A DNA stretch of 64,000 nucleotides from Massalongia carnosa (GCA_965645245.1 OZ287076.1:868001-932000); one strand, 5' to 3'. Counted from the first letter of the stretch, positions 25,483 to 39,093 are shown. The notes: generated by a model not told the origin, from the sequence alone. Translations and numbers: made by a program.

Positions 25483-27896
25483 ATGGCAGCCCTCCACTCT
25501 GCGCTGCAGGCGCTCTGTCCAACTCCTTTCTCCTCGGTTCCATCTACCGAACCTGAGGCGAGATTGTTTCTCCAACATGCGTTTGCTAAAGCGCAGCTCA
25601 TCATTGACTCCGTGCCCCCTCCTTCTATCGAAGACTCCCTCGCCGTCACGCGCTCTCGCTCCGCATCTAATGTCTCTGGAAGCTCGGAAATGTCGGCCTC
25701 CTCGGCTCGCGCAGATCCTTTGAACCCATCATATGTCTCTTTTCAGAAGGAGTGGGGTAAACCAATCAAGCTTGCTCCGAAAGACAATCCGCTGGGAATG
25801 GCGGTCTACAAAATGGCTGGCAAGGATGGCAAGGGTGCGTGGTTTGCCAGAAGGAGCGTGCACGAGGGCATGGGCTTCAAGAAATGGAAACTTGGACTCG
25901 AAAAAGAATTTCCGGAGAGTATGGAGGTGCAGGGAGGTCCAGGAGAGGGGAATATTCGGGGTATTGGGGGTGAAAGGAAGGTGGAGCAGATGGAAGTCAA
26001 AGGCCTTGGTAGGGTCGAAGGTAAATCTTCTTTCCTTTCATTAGGTTTCACCGTGCTTTGAGTCCCGGGTCGGAAGTTCTGGAGACTAATATTTTTCAAG
26101 TGTATCATCTATCAGCGCAATTCCCAGGGCCAACTGCTCCGCGAGATTTTGTCACTCTATTAATCACTTCGTCGTCGGCTTTGGGGGATTTTAGCACGCC
26201 ACCGTCTTCTGCTGTTGAACACAGCGGAAACTCTCAAACCCCAGGAACTAGTCTTGGTCCAAGGCATTTCATGGTTATATCTAAGCCTTGCATTCATCCC
26301 GATTGTCCACCAAGGGAGGGGTTTATACGCGGACAATATGAGTCAATCGAGTTCATACGCGAAATTCCTTTGAAGCCTAAGAAAACATCTTCTACCACTC
26401 AGCTACTTTCTTCGCGGCGCGCAAGAGCCAATTCCTCGTCTTTGGATCGAAAAACTCGGTTACGGAAGGCTCACGAAAAACTCATCCGGGAAGAGAATGA
26501 CAATCTACTCACGGATAATGCCCAGATTAGTGCCCAGATTAGCGATACTTCGCCACGGAACTCGTTGGATGCTGTCAGACGTCGTAAGCGCGGAAGGACA
26601 ATTTCATTTGCCGAGTCTAGAGGATTGAATGCCAAGGGAGAGGCGGTGGATACGTGTCAGGATGAATCAGACGATCTCGAGGAAACCAATCCTGTGGAAT
26701 GGATCATGGTTACCCGGAGTGACCCGGGAGGAAGCGTACCACGATTTCTGGTTGAGCGAGGAACACCCTCCGGCATTGTTTCGGATGCGAGTAAGTTTCT
26801 CGACTGGGCATTTAAGAAAGAGCATGTAGAAATAGGAGACGGCGATGCAGAAACGAAAGAAGGCGTCCGAGAAAACGGCGAAATCGACCGTAAGGAGGAC
26901 GAGCTCGAGGCTTATCAGACGAATGGTCATTTATCCGGTCTGGATACCTCAAATAAGCCGAAAATAGCGCCAACTGATGAGCCTGATGATGGCGGCAGTC
27001 AGGCGAGCCTGGATCACAGCCAGCAAGGAGGAATTTTGACAAATGTTGCTAACATCGCATATGCCGGGATCGAGTCGTATGCTCCTCAGATCGTGATAAA
27101 CCACTTGCCTGGTCGCCATCAGGAACCTTCTATCACTCGAAGCATTCCCGGGGGAAGCGACACTGGTCTTTCCGCCGATGCCCAGGCCACCAGTGGTCAC
27201 GATGAAGCGTCCTTTACTATTTCGTCACCTAGCTCAGCATCGTTCGCCAGCGCCGAGGACCATTTCGAAGACAGCTTTTCTAGGCAATCCACTGCGTCTC
27301 TGTCTAATCCCTTGCAGGCGAAAGACTCATCCGGCATGTCGCCTCATGAGAAAGAATTAGCAAAGTTAGTCGAGCGGAAACGAGCTTTGGATGAGAAACT
27401 TGCACGAACGCGAGAGAAGGAACTAAAAGACAAGGAAGAATTGACGTCGCGGGAAGAAGAACGCATTCGCAAAGCGGAGGAAAAGCACAGCCGTGATGTC
27501 CAGAAGCAAGAACAAAAGTACAAAAAGGAAGTCGCCAAGCTGAAGGCGAAGCGGGCGAAAGACGCTGCGAAAGAGGAGGAGAGAAAGCGAAAGGCAGAGG
27601 ACAAGGACGAAAAAGCACGGCTAACGAGAGAAAAGGATGAGCTCAAGCAGCAGCTTGCAGTCGCAGCCAAGGAAAATGAACTTCTCAAGGAGCAGGTAGG
27701 AGCACTGCAGAGGGAGAACACCGCGCTTGTAGCGAAAATGGGAAAGATAGGAGAGGGGCCGGAGCTCCTACGCGACGTAAGGGCTGAAATGGACGGGGGA
27801 TCACGGAGCCGGAGCAGCAGTTTAAGGAAGGTGAAGGGGGGTGGTTCAGCAGCGGCGATGGAGGGTCCCGTTCTGGCGGGAGAAAAGAAGGAATGA
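25483..27896 (+). CDS. DUF3074 / START-like domain protein with C-terminal coiled coil
   Basis: Motifs WFARRSVHEG, YHLSAQFPGPTAPRDFVTLL, FIRGQYESIEFIREIP and NPVEWIMVTRSDPGGSVPRF. Intron 26021-26100. Confidence 0.85.
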
Positions 27897-28432
27897 GGTT
27901 TTAGAGAAGAGGCTTACGTGGGTGTGAGAACATGGCAGAGATGCAGCTGGCAGTTTCTGCAGACTCGGGATAGACTTAGCTGTGGATAGGTGGACATGTA
28001 CGGCGAGGCTATCTGCCCACATAAGCTTCTCCTTCATAAGTCCAATTTAGCTTGTGGAAGCTAGTCTTACTATTTTTGCTTCCCCTGTATGTCGAAAGAG
28101 GCTTTGATGCCTTCATCGTCTTGACTTCCTCAGATTTCTCCATGATCTTGTTAGATCTGATTGCTAGTCGCCTGGATCTCAGCCGATTGAGATTAGCGAG
28201 ATCGATCTTGCAGGCGTTACGATTAAGTAAATTCCCCCGATACTTTGACGTTTGACCATCATCCTTGATTCATGACAGCGTTTTCCAAGTCTCGCCGCTC
28301 CCACCCTTCAGTCATGCATTCCCAAATCGGATGACGAAAAAAAGCGGTTAAACCCTTTGTCTGCCAGCATATCGGCGTCCGCCCGTTTGGGAAAGTCTAG
28401 CTACCGCTCCTCCCGTTCATAAACCCATAGCC

Positions 28433-30783
28433 ATGCCTTCCCAAGCGCGTGTCATCTACTGGTTCCGGACCGATTTGCGCCTGCACGACTCGCCAGCGTT
28501 GCAGGCTGCGTTGGAGCTTCAGCCCGAGTGCTTCTATCCCGTGTGGTGCTGGGATCCGCACTATGTTTATCGCGCGCGCGTGGGGCCGAATCGATGGCAG
28601 TACTTGTAAGTTGCAAACGGGATTTTTTTCGTAAGTCGACTTAGTAAATGTGCTTCGTTTTCTTCTAAATCCAAGCTCTCGGATATATTGAAAAGAAAAG
28701 AAAAGAAAAAATACAGCTGGTGTTACTTGCTTGTTTCCTGTCATGTTTTGAACAACCTATATTTACTTCCCATCTCGCATTTTTTCGATCCAGACTTGAC
28801 TGCCAAAACGACCTCTCAGCTTCCATCACGGCACTGAACCCGCGCTCGAAGCTTTTTGTCCTTCGAGAAGCCCCACAAACACTATTACTGAAATTGTTCC
28901 AAGCGTGGCGCATCTCTCACTTGGTGTTTGAAAAAGACACAGATGCCTATGCGCGCGACAGGGATGCGGAGATTGTGGAGATAGCAAAGGAGGCGGGCGT
29001 CGAGGTTATCATCAAGCTGGGGAGGACGTTGTATGATCCGGATGAACTCGTCCGGGCGAATGGGGGGAAGCCGACGATGAGCATCACCCAGGTGCAGAAT
29101 GTACGAACCAATACCTTTAATCTGAAGGCTCTACTTACCTTTTGCTCATCATCTATCCAGGCAGCGAAAAAGCTCCCGCCAATCCCCCAATCCATCCCAG
29201 CGCCCACATCCCTCCCACCTCCTGGCGACCTCGCCCTTCCCTTCACCCAAACGAAACCCGAACAAACCCCCGACCTCAATAGCCCCCACCGTGCTTCTAC
29301 AGAAACATCTTATGCCAACATCGCCGGCCCAAACAACGACTTCGCACCCCCAACCATGTCCGAACTCGGCCTTCCCCTGGCCACAACCCCCCATCGCGGC
29401 GGTGAGACTCTGGCGCTCACCCAACTGGACCGCATAATCGCCGACGAAGACTACACGGCCACCTTCTCCAAGCCCGAAACCGCACCCACAGCCTTCTCCC
29501 CCCAATCCACTACGCTCCTCTCTCCGCACATGCACTTCGGCTCCCTCTCCCCACGGCTTTTTTATCACCGCGCCGCGGCTATCCTTGCCGCATACGACCG
29601 GGCGAAAAAACCACATGCGATAATTCCTACCAACCTCCTCGGCCAACTACTCTTCCGTGAAATGTATTTCGGCGCCCAAGCCGCGCTCGGCCACGCATTT
29701 GGCCAATCCCGCAATAACCCCTCCTGTCGCTTCATCCCGTGGCACCTTCCCTCTACTATATCCCCTACCACAGGCCTTGCCCTCGCCGCCTACGACCCTA
29801 AAGACTCGCCCCCAGAGGCTGAAACCTGGTTGCGCCGCTGGGCATCTGGCACTACGGGATTCCCCTGGATCGACGCGCTCATGCGCCAATTGCGCGTCGA
29901 AGGCTGGATCCATCATCTGGGTCGGCACGCTGTAGCCTGCTTCCTCACGCGCGGGGGTTGTTACGTTGACTGGGAGCGTGGCGCCGCAGTCTTCGAAGCG
30001 CTGCTGCTGGACCATGAAACGGCTTGCAACGCCGGCAATTGGCAGTGGCTCGCCTGCGCGGCGTTTTACTCGCAGTTCCATCGCTGCTACTCGCCCGTTG
30101 CGTTTCCCAAGCGTTGGGATAAGCAGGGGGCGTTTGTACGGAAGTATGTGCCTGAGCTAGCGCAATTTGGTGACGGGTGTATTTACGAGCCGTGGAAGGC
30201 TAATCGGGCGGAGCAGAGGCGGTGGGGGTGTTGGGTCAGGGGGGATGGAAGAAACAATGGAGGGCAGGAAGGGGGTGGGGACGAGATGAAGGTGTATCCA
30301 ACTCCGATGTTCGACTTCGATGAGCGCAGACGCGTGTGCATGGAAGGCATGAAAGTAGCTTACAAAATCGGACTGTACGGGAATGATGCCAGACTTAAGG
30401 ATGGCTCATGGCGAAACCTGTTCCCTGCGCGCGCGGAAGGTATTGTCGCAACGAGGAGCGGGATCGAAACCATCACCCTGGCGGAAGAACAGAACAGAAA
30501 CGGAAACGGAAATGACGGTGATGTCGACGCCGATGGAGACGATCGGGAAGCCGCAGAGCTAGGCAAGGAGACGAGAGGTGGTGATCGTGTTGCTGCTGCT
30601 GCAGCTGCACACGCTGGCGATGGAAATGGCCGTCGTACGCCGGCTTCTAGAGCTGGCGCTGCGGCAAAGTCGGGGGGAACGGCGCCCAAGGGCGGCGATA
30701 TCGCGGCGGCTGGGCCTGCTAAGAGGAAGAGGCAGGGGACGCTGGATGGCGATTTTGGCGTGAAGCCAGGGAGGCGGAGATGA
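28433..30783 (+). CDS. Cryptochrome/(6-4) photolyase family protein
   Basis: Motifs VIYWFRTDLRLHDSPAL, LSPHMHFGSLS, TGFPWIDALMRQLRVEGWIHHLGRHAVACFLTRG and GNWQWL. Introns 28606-28793 and 29101-29160. Confidence 0.93.
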
Positions 30784-31868
30784 GTGGCTTTTTGGGAGGA
30801 AGAAGGGAGGGGGGTTCGTTCAGAAGGGTTGTTTGGGAAGTGTGAGATGGGGGTTGTCTGATCGGGGTTGAAGTCCCCGATAAAGTTTCAGGATCAGGGT
30901 CCGTCTCTTTCCGAAGGGAATGCTGAATCTCGAAGTGAACGTAATCCATTCAGCCAGACCATGATGTTCACCTTTCTACCTTCTCCCGCGAATTTATCCA
31001 GATCTTCGGTCGAACTCGTAGTCACTCACTCGCTCACCTTCTCATCATCATCAAAAGCTCCTCCTCCCTCCACAGCAGAAAGCCGATCTCCCACATAGTT
31101 AACTCGTATCAGAGTTTCCCTACTACATCCCATGTACAATCGCCCGCGAATCTGCCTAGTCCCCTCAACTCAGCCGTTGATTCCACCGAGCCATCCACTC
31201 ATTCGCTACACCCACCCCGTTGATTGTCCCAGCATCAGTCGACGGCGACAGCGGGGGGGGGGGGGGATTGAGGAGTTGCGTTCAGCTTTAGTTCGTACAG
31301 AGTACTCAGTACTTTGATGGGTTTGCTACCAAGGCTGTGGCTAGTACTGTACGTAAGAGTACCATATCTCGGCTCTCTCTGCTTGGATCACCACCTCGTC
31401 CTCACTAGGGCAGGTCCTCCCCCCGAGCTAAATGACAGCGCAGTTGATGGAAATAGTGCAAAAGCACGGATCACAAGCGGATGAACTGGTTTGTTGACTA
31501 CAGAGAGTACTGACTCCGTAACCCCCCAAACTTGCAGACTTTCTAATTCGCATCATCGTTTAACTTCCATGGCTGTTCCAGGCGATCTTGTGTTTCTGAT
31601 GCTATCACTGTACAGAGCACCCAGTGAGAAGTGTGTTGTTAGCGTAAAACCAGCAGGGCCTTCTCTATACAGGGTTCCGATACTCTGTACTTGCTATCCG
31701 ATAGCCTGAGGGGGTTGTGCAAAGACTCTCCAGCCTACGGAGGCTTTTTATTAGAGTTAATATGCCCGCATGGATTTTTCCGTTTGCATCGCATATCTTG
31801 CTTGGCCTCGTCCAGTGTGCATTCTTCGTTCGAAGCTCCTTCCGGTTCATTCTCAACCCCTCCAGGTC

Positions 31869-32810
31869 ATGGCGAAAGGCGTGATCATTGGTGTACTGCT
31901 TGAGGACCCTGTGGATTACTGCATTCTGGCCGCTGCGGCTGCCGTCGCTTAACTGTACGCCATTGAACTGAACATCACCATGTTTACGACCTTCAAACGT
32001 AGAGGAGGCTTGTACTTCTGGGCCCTTCTGATTTCGTCATGGGGGCTTTCACTACACGATCTGGGTTTCATCCTCAAATTCCTCGTTGGCACCAGCCGGC
32101 TAGTGAACATCCCCATGAGCACCACGGGCTAGGTCGCGATAGTGACTAGACAAGCGTTTGTGCTCTACTCCCGGTTGAATCCGGTCGTCCGAAACCAGCA
32201 ACTGCTTCGCTATGTTCTCTACCTCGTCTTGTTCGCCGTTGCAGCTCTTCACCTTCCCACCATCATCTTTACTTATGGCAGCAACTCTTCTAGCAACACC
32301 GCTTCGTGAACCAGAAAACTCAACGTCATAGAGTGGATCTAGCTCGCCGGGCTTTGCGTTCAGGAAACCATCATTTCGTCCATCTATGTCTGGTCCACGG
32401 TCAAGCTCCTGCACTCAGTATATTATAGCTCGACGCGAAAGGTGATGATGTAGCTGATCATCACCAAGGGGGGACTGACCAAGGGAAACCGACGGGGCGG
32501 CGGCCCAAGGCACGAGTTTCATCATCCAAGCTCGACCGGCGACGCCGTCCCACCCTGTCGGGAAACCCACCGCCTGCACCGGTTCCACCGCGGTCCGGGA
32601 CTCTCCAGTCGAGCCCCAGCCCGAGGGGCGCCATCCCCGACGCCAACGAGATCTACAAAACCTAGAAGATCCAAGTATTCAGCGAAACCCGTGACTCGCA
32701 GTCCTACCGGAAGCGAGACGGCGACCGTGAGGGAGAGCTCGAACACTGCCAAGGCCACGAGGTGGACGGAAGCGAACCCGACGAGATGGAAGGGAAGAAG
32801 ACGTATGTAG
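31869..32810 (+). pseudogene. Pseudogene of a fungal integral membrane protein (DUF7703-like, 'GLYFWALLISSWG' family)
   Basis: One frame reads FKRRGGLYFWALLISSWG...VTRQAFVLYSRL...CVQETIISSIYVW. In-frame stops at 31950, 32130, 32307, 32340 and 32451. Probable internal deletion near 32462. Confidence 0.8.
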
Positions 32811-33630
32811 GTAGGTATATGGCAATTGAGCGCTAGCCTTTCCTTTTTATTTTAAAAGAAAAAAAAGAAATCCTCGCACCTCATGCATCCTCGAACTTAG
32901 TATATCAAACGCGATGATGAAATATGAACGGTCCGTCCGCCGACAGAAACCACGTGGCAGAAGGCTTGTAACGAAAAATGCGCGAACCGGAGACAAGGGG
33001 GGGGGGGGGGGGTGTGTTTCGTTCTGTCTTGGTTTTCCGAAAATGCATGGGCTAAATAAATAAAGGTAAGGAGGATAGAGGAGTCATGTGATGGATAGAC
33101 ATCCAGGTCAATATACCCCCCTTCCTTGGAATTACCATCCAATGGTTCGGATTTCGTAGCCTCACATTAACCCCTTCAAACCCCAAACCCCCAATATATG
33201 TCATCGCTGAGCTAGTACAAACCCAATTCAGATATTTTACTACATACGCACTGACTGTCGACGATAATGGTAGGAAAGACGGGGGAAGTAGAGGGACTAC
33301 AAGATCGGGAAAAGAAAACGCGGATTTTTACTATCCAAGAAAGAGGTTAGTAGCAAGGAGGTATTAAAATTGTGTTTTTGGGGAATAGGGGGGTGGAGTT
33401 AGTCGGGAGAAAAGGAACAAGCAGAACTAGATAAGAGAACCGTGAGCATTAGAAGCAAATGAGCCCTTAATTACTATCCTTCAAACCTATCATACAGTAG
33501 CTCAACGTCTGGTCAATTAGCATTAGTCATTCCGCTTACACTTCGTTCTTCAATAGCCAAAAGCATTTAACTGGAATCGCTTCTGCCCTTTGGCTGCGTA
33601 ATCAAATCATTAAAACCGAGGTTTCATTGC

Positions 33631-36402
33631 TCATGAGAGTTTTGCGCTCAGCAACAACTGTCGCGAAGAGCTGCCCACGTACACCGTTTTCGTATACTTT
33701 GAAATAACCCAATTCTGCGTTGCCGAGTCCCAGTTAGAAATATCCCGCCGAGTAATGTCAACATGAAAAACGGCGCTGCCACCCGCGTTGATTGAAAGAC
33801 GTTCAAATCCACGTAGGACAACCTTTGGATCGCGTGGGCCGCCGAGCGAAATATATAGCTGCGGAACTTCTATGCCATTGAGGGTACCATTGTTGGTGAC
33901 CGTTGCGGATGCTTGATAGAGCACATCGTAAAGTTGTGGATTTCCCCCTGGAGCGCCGCTGGCCGGTTGTAAAGGTTGCGGGGAGCCGTCTTGAGAACCG
34001 TACGGAATGAAGCCAGGGACTGCATAATCACTATAGTTGGCGGAGACCTCAAGGTCCGTACTGTTCAGATAGGGATAGATGAACAAAAAAACGGGGTTAA
34101 TGTCGGCAGGGAATAAGTAATTAGCGGTGTTGTTGTCGACACTGCCTAATACAGGTGCTGCTGTTGTAAGTCCAGTGGTAGGGATGTAGCTGCCTGCGGC
34201 GGTCTTGGTGATTTGCAGGTTCGAGTACGAGAATGTCGTGTAGCTCAGACCATGTCCAAACTCATATACCGGGGTAATATCCGCAACGTCAAAGGCGCGA
34301 TAATCAATGAAATTCCCTTCGGTAAAATTTACTTGAGGCGCATCTGTACCTGCGTTAGGGGTGTATAAAAGGTCCGTGCCGTAATCTTCTCGGGCCTTCC
34401 CAAAGGTGAACGGAAGCTTAGCGCTTGGATTTACTCTCCCATAAAGCACATCGGCAATAGAGTTGCCTGACTGTTCGCCTGGGAAGCCTGCCCAGAGGAT
34501 GGCGGTGATGTTTGGATTATCCGAGTAGTTACCGAGTAGCACTGGGCCAGGACTGTGGAGGACAACTATGGTGTTGTTGCAAAGAGCAGATACGTTCTTA
34601 ATCAATACATCGCCGCCGTACCAAAGAGTAAGGTTATTGCGATCACCAGGGTTTCCATCGACACTGATGTAGCCCTCACCACTGTCTGCTTTGACGAATA
34701 CAAGAGCAACGCTGGCTCGGGCTGCTAATGCCTGGATTTGTTTTGTTGCATGATCATCAGTGATTGACTGGAAGATACCCAGGTTCGCGACCACTTCGTT
34801 CTGAATTGCTGTTGCGGGGCTGATTAGATAAGGGAAATTGGCCGTTCCACTTCCCCAGCCCATGGCAACTGTGCCGTTGGCACAGCCACGGTCGGGACAT
34901 CCATTGGGACCATACGGATTATCCCCGGCATCACTACCGAAGACAGCGGTGATCTTCTCCTTGCCCGTCAAGGGTAGCGCATGATTGGTGTTTTTCAATA
35001 GAACGGTGCTTGCTGCTCCTATTTGGCGAATGAGGTTGCTATGCTCAGCACGTACATCAACATGCTCATTGATAAGTCGGTAGTTTTCCCCGGCAATAAA
35101 GTTTTCATATCCATAAGTGTCGAGAGTCCATGAATCGAAATTGATAGGGATCGAAGTATTATCCCGTCCCACAAAGTACCAAGCGGCAAGAATCCTTGTC
35201 GCCATATCATCCAATCGCCACTCTGGTATCGTACCGTTGAGCACCGCAATTGTAAGATTTGCACCCCAATGGGAGTTGCCAGAGAGAAAGGTGAGGTCTC
35301 CTGGCATGGTCATGTCAAGGCCAGCCAAAGCAGAACCCACCCCAGAATGCTGAGCAGCCCAATCACTCATAACAAAACCTTGGAAATCCAATTCACCTTT
35401 CAAGATGTAATTAAGTAGCTGACTGTTTTGACAACTGTAGGTGTTGTTGACTTGCTGATAAGAACACATGATAGAGCCAACGCCAGCGCGGACTGCATCT
35501 GCGAATGGCCTGACTGATGTTAGCTAGGTGTCGGGCTGGGGATAAAATAACTGACCAGAGATATAATTCATGCAGTGTCACGTCATCGATGTTCGAGCTA
35601 ACACTATCAGTGATATTAAAATTATATGAGACCGCTTCAGGGGCTTGGCGAAAATGCTCTTGCTCGTTGCCGATGTAATGCTTCGCACAAGCTATGACCC
35701 CGGCGCTCTGAATGCCTTGAATTGTTTGAGCCATGAGAATTCCGGTCAGCACAGGATCGGGACTAATTGGCAGATTAGTTAGGCTGTAAATTACGAGGCC
35801 CTATGTGCTCACCTGAAGCCCTCCCAATTCCGACCTCCTTCTGGCGAACGACCAAGAGGACCAGCAACTGGTCCAAGAGTTATGTCGACTCCTTTTTCTC
35901 TGTTCTCAACACCTATGGCCTGCCCTCGAGCGTAGGCAAGTCCTCGGTCGAATGTAGCTGCAACATTGACGCCGGCAGGAAACGCAGAATTGTAGTCAGC
36001 TGAGACGGATTAGTTAAGACTATAGAAATTTCAGTGACCGCATGGACGTACTGAGTCTGACACCTAAGGGCGAGTCTTGCAGGCACAAGCTTCGAAAACC
36101 TAATCGAGGAATAGCTCCATTCTGCCCCACGCAGCGCTCACCCTGCCAACTATCCAGACCATCAGCATTCTGCTCGCACCGTAGAATATATCATTTACGC
36201 ACCCGACCCCTGTTGTTAAGTTGACCTTTTCCAGCAGCGTGAGCTGCTTGACAAAAGCTCTTGCTTTGGTGTAGGCATCCGCCCATTCGCCTGCACCAGA
36301 ACCCCATGGCGATGGATAATGTGGCGGTGAGGTTGCCGGTTCTGCTGAAATTGGGTTGGATAAAGAGGTCAGCGCCACCAGAAATAATGGTATACTCCAC
36401 AT
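33631..36402 (-). CDS. Secreted GH3 beta-glucosidase (BglA/Bgl1 type)
   Basis: Signal peptide, [37 protein letters not shown], nucleophile motif GFVMSDW and C-terminal FnIII. Four GT-AG introns. Confidence 0.96.
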
Positions 36403-37337
36403 GACGAAGGCTGAGTGGGATTCAGTGGCAGATAATTAGAGTAATAAGAGATGAAGATATCAGAGTGTTTAGTGACACCCGGAGGCAATAATCCTATCCT
36501 ACTGCTCTGTAGAATGTCATGAGAAAGAGTTGTAAGAGTATTGTGACAATATGAGGTGCATGGCGAATGGAGGATGCGCGAGTCTAGAGCTGACATAGTA
36601 CATCTGTGTAACCCCGTAACCCTCCTCGTCGCTACCCCATCTAGCTTATTCACTCCGGATTGGCAAGCGCGTGATGTCGGATACACAGAGAGGCCCAAGG
36701 GCACGTTTGGTGTGACATCAGCCACCCAATTCGTTTAGGTCGTTTTCCTCGAATGTAACTGTACTGCGGAGATCGATGTCAGCCTCGCTAACCTCATGAT
36801 ATCTTGCTGTTTGTTTTCCGCTTACGTCCTCGTAATCTGGCAGCCTTGCGTAATTAATCTACCAGCTTTGCGTAATTGGCAACTGCTTTAATCTCTGGAG
36901 TGTCCTTCACCCAATCAAAGCGTAGGGAAGTGCATTTCTAGATTGCCGAGGCCGCTCATTCCTTGCTAGCGCTGTTTCTTATCGAGTACTTAGTCACCTT
37001 GCACTGCGGTTCACAAAAGGTGGGGGCAGAGAGTATTCTATACGGAGTACGAAGTACAGAATACAGAATACTCGATTCTCATCTCAACCTTGGCGAAGAG
37101 ATCTATGATGACGGGGTCAAGGCGGGGAACTACGAGGATATTAACAAATCACAGGCACAATAAGATAACCTGACGCTCCATGGAATACCTTAACCCCGCC
37201 ATGCCGGCACCAACCCCCCGGAAGGCGCAATCCACACATCCACCCACGCTAGCTGCAACTCTGACTAGGTACGGAGGATGACACGAAAAGTCCTTGGATG
37301 CGCTAAGAATGACACTAATAATTTAGCGTAACGCCAC

Positions 37338-37402
37338 CACCTCACCACCCCACCTCACCACCCCACCTCACCACCCCACCTCACCACCCCACCTCACCAC
37401 CC
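37338..37402 (+). repeat. 13-bp minisatellite (CACCTCACCACCC) x5 inside transposon A
   Basis: Five consecutive units are visible. Confidence 0.9.
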
Positions 37403-37450
37403 GTTTTGACCCCATCATCAACCTCATTTTCAACGAAAGACCTCATCAAC

Positions 37451-38794
37451 CTACATCACTGTTATCAATGATGTCTTTACACTGCGACGATCTTCGGAAT
37501 TATATGGCCTAATCACACCGTTGTCTCGACCCTCTCTATACTCGTTTCCTCCGTCCAAAGCAATGATCTCCTGTATATGTCTTGGAATTCTTTCTATCCA
37601 ATGCTGAATTTGTTCCTGTTTCAGACCTTTTGTCCAGCACTGTGTCCATGCTTTGATGGCCGTAATGCGATTTCGAGGTGCTCCTTTACGTGTGGTTTGT
37701 TTTTTCATCCAGTACCAACATTGCTCGATCATGTTCAAATCGGGAGAATTACCCGGCCACAACAAACGCAGGACTCCTGCATCCATAAAGGCGATGTTCT
37801 GATGTTTAGAAGCATGACAGGGAGCCTTGTCCTCCTGAACAATAGTACCGGGACGATCTTTCATACATTCTTTGGCAAAGGGTAGAAGTTTGGGTAAAAG
37901 AATGACCTTCTGATAACGGTACCAGTCGATGCCCCCTTTGCCTTTTCGGACCACTTTTCCATGCGTTTCATTCCACCTCCAGGCTGGTTTTCGACCTCCT
38001 TTCGTACGCAGTCCCATTCGTTGCATGCCCGTTTCCAACTCTCAATTCTCTTTCGCTACGGGCTCCAATATCTCATTGATTTTGTCAATATCTCTCTGAG
38101 CGGCGTGTTTTTCTGCTACTGTCTCCGGCTTCCATATATGAAAAGGTCCTTTCTTTTCATACGAAAAACAACCCCAAAACATGAACTCGGAACATCCTTT
38201 CCATCTACGTCGGACGCACGATTGAGCATATTTTTCGTTTGGAGTTCGCCATTGAAGTCTTCGTCCACGTCGAGAGTTCAACACGACACTGGTTTCATCG
38301 CTCCATATAACATTCTTCCAATCATCGAGAGTCCAGTGTTGATGACGCAAACAAAATTGCAATGGAGCATCTTTCATCGCTGAATCAAGACCTGGTTTCA
38401 TGGTAGATTTGCAGGGACGAAAGTTATTGCGTCGAAGAACATTGAGAATGGTTGTAGATGTAACTCCGTGCTCATATCCCAAAACGGCTGAGGATTTTTC
38501 TCTACCATTTCGATCATGACGAACATTGTTTAAAATGGCCTGTTCTACCTCAGGCGTCACTTTGGTAGGACGTCCTGAACGAGGTGCATCTTACACGTAT
38601 TCTACCTTCAATATTCGTGAAATAGTGGGATCATATCCTCGATCTCGTGCCTTACGTTTGAGATAGCTGATAGATTGGGTGGAAACTCCGGTGACTGCTT
38701 GAACGACTTTGGCAGCTATGCCATGTTCAATCAGGGATAATGCTTGTAACTTTTGTCCAATGGTCAGACTGTTGTTCTGAGTACGTGAGGTCAT
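37451..38794 (-). pseudogene. Tc1-like transposase of element A with two in-frame stops
   Basis: Motifs DAPRSGRP, WSDETS and QEDKAPCH...WPGNSPDLNMIE (D-34-E). Stops at 38591-93 and 38042-44 lie in one continuous frame. Confidence 0.9.
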
Positions 38795-39093
38795 ATTTGA
38801 AGCATACAAAAATCTATTTTGATGATATTTGATGCTGAACAGGTCAAAATGTACAAAAAAACCCTTTTACTTACTAGTGTCATGCAGAAAGGACGCTAAC
38901 TAGCACTAATGCGCGCTAACAAGGACTTTTCGTGTTATCCTCCGTACAGTACTAGGCCAAAAGTCTGCGGCCCCGCACCCCACTAACATTCTATTCAATC
39001 AACAATCAACCACGTCACGATTGCTGAAATGTCTTGAAACTTTACATAATGATTACATACATACTAAAAAAGAATTCCCCCAAAAATTGATTT

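Larger units (their letters stand above)
37272..38944 (-). mobile_element. Full-length Tc1/mariner (DD34E) DNA transposon A with disabled transposase
   Basis: 25-bp TIRs CGGAGGATGACACGAAAAGTCCTTG (37272) and CAAGGACTTTTCGTGTTATCCTCCG (ending 38944), 1 mismatch. TA at 37270-71 and 38945-46. Confidence 0.93.

Noticed and set aside
37338..37402. CRISPR-like array
   Set aside because: Contiguous 13-mers without spacers, inside a eukaryotic transposon.
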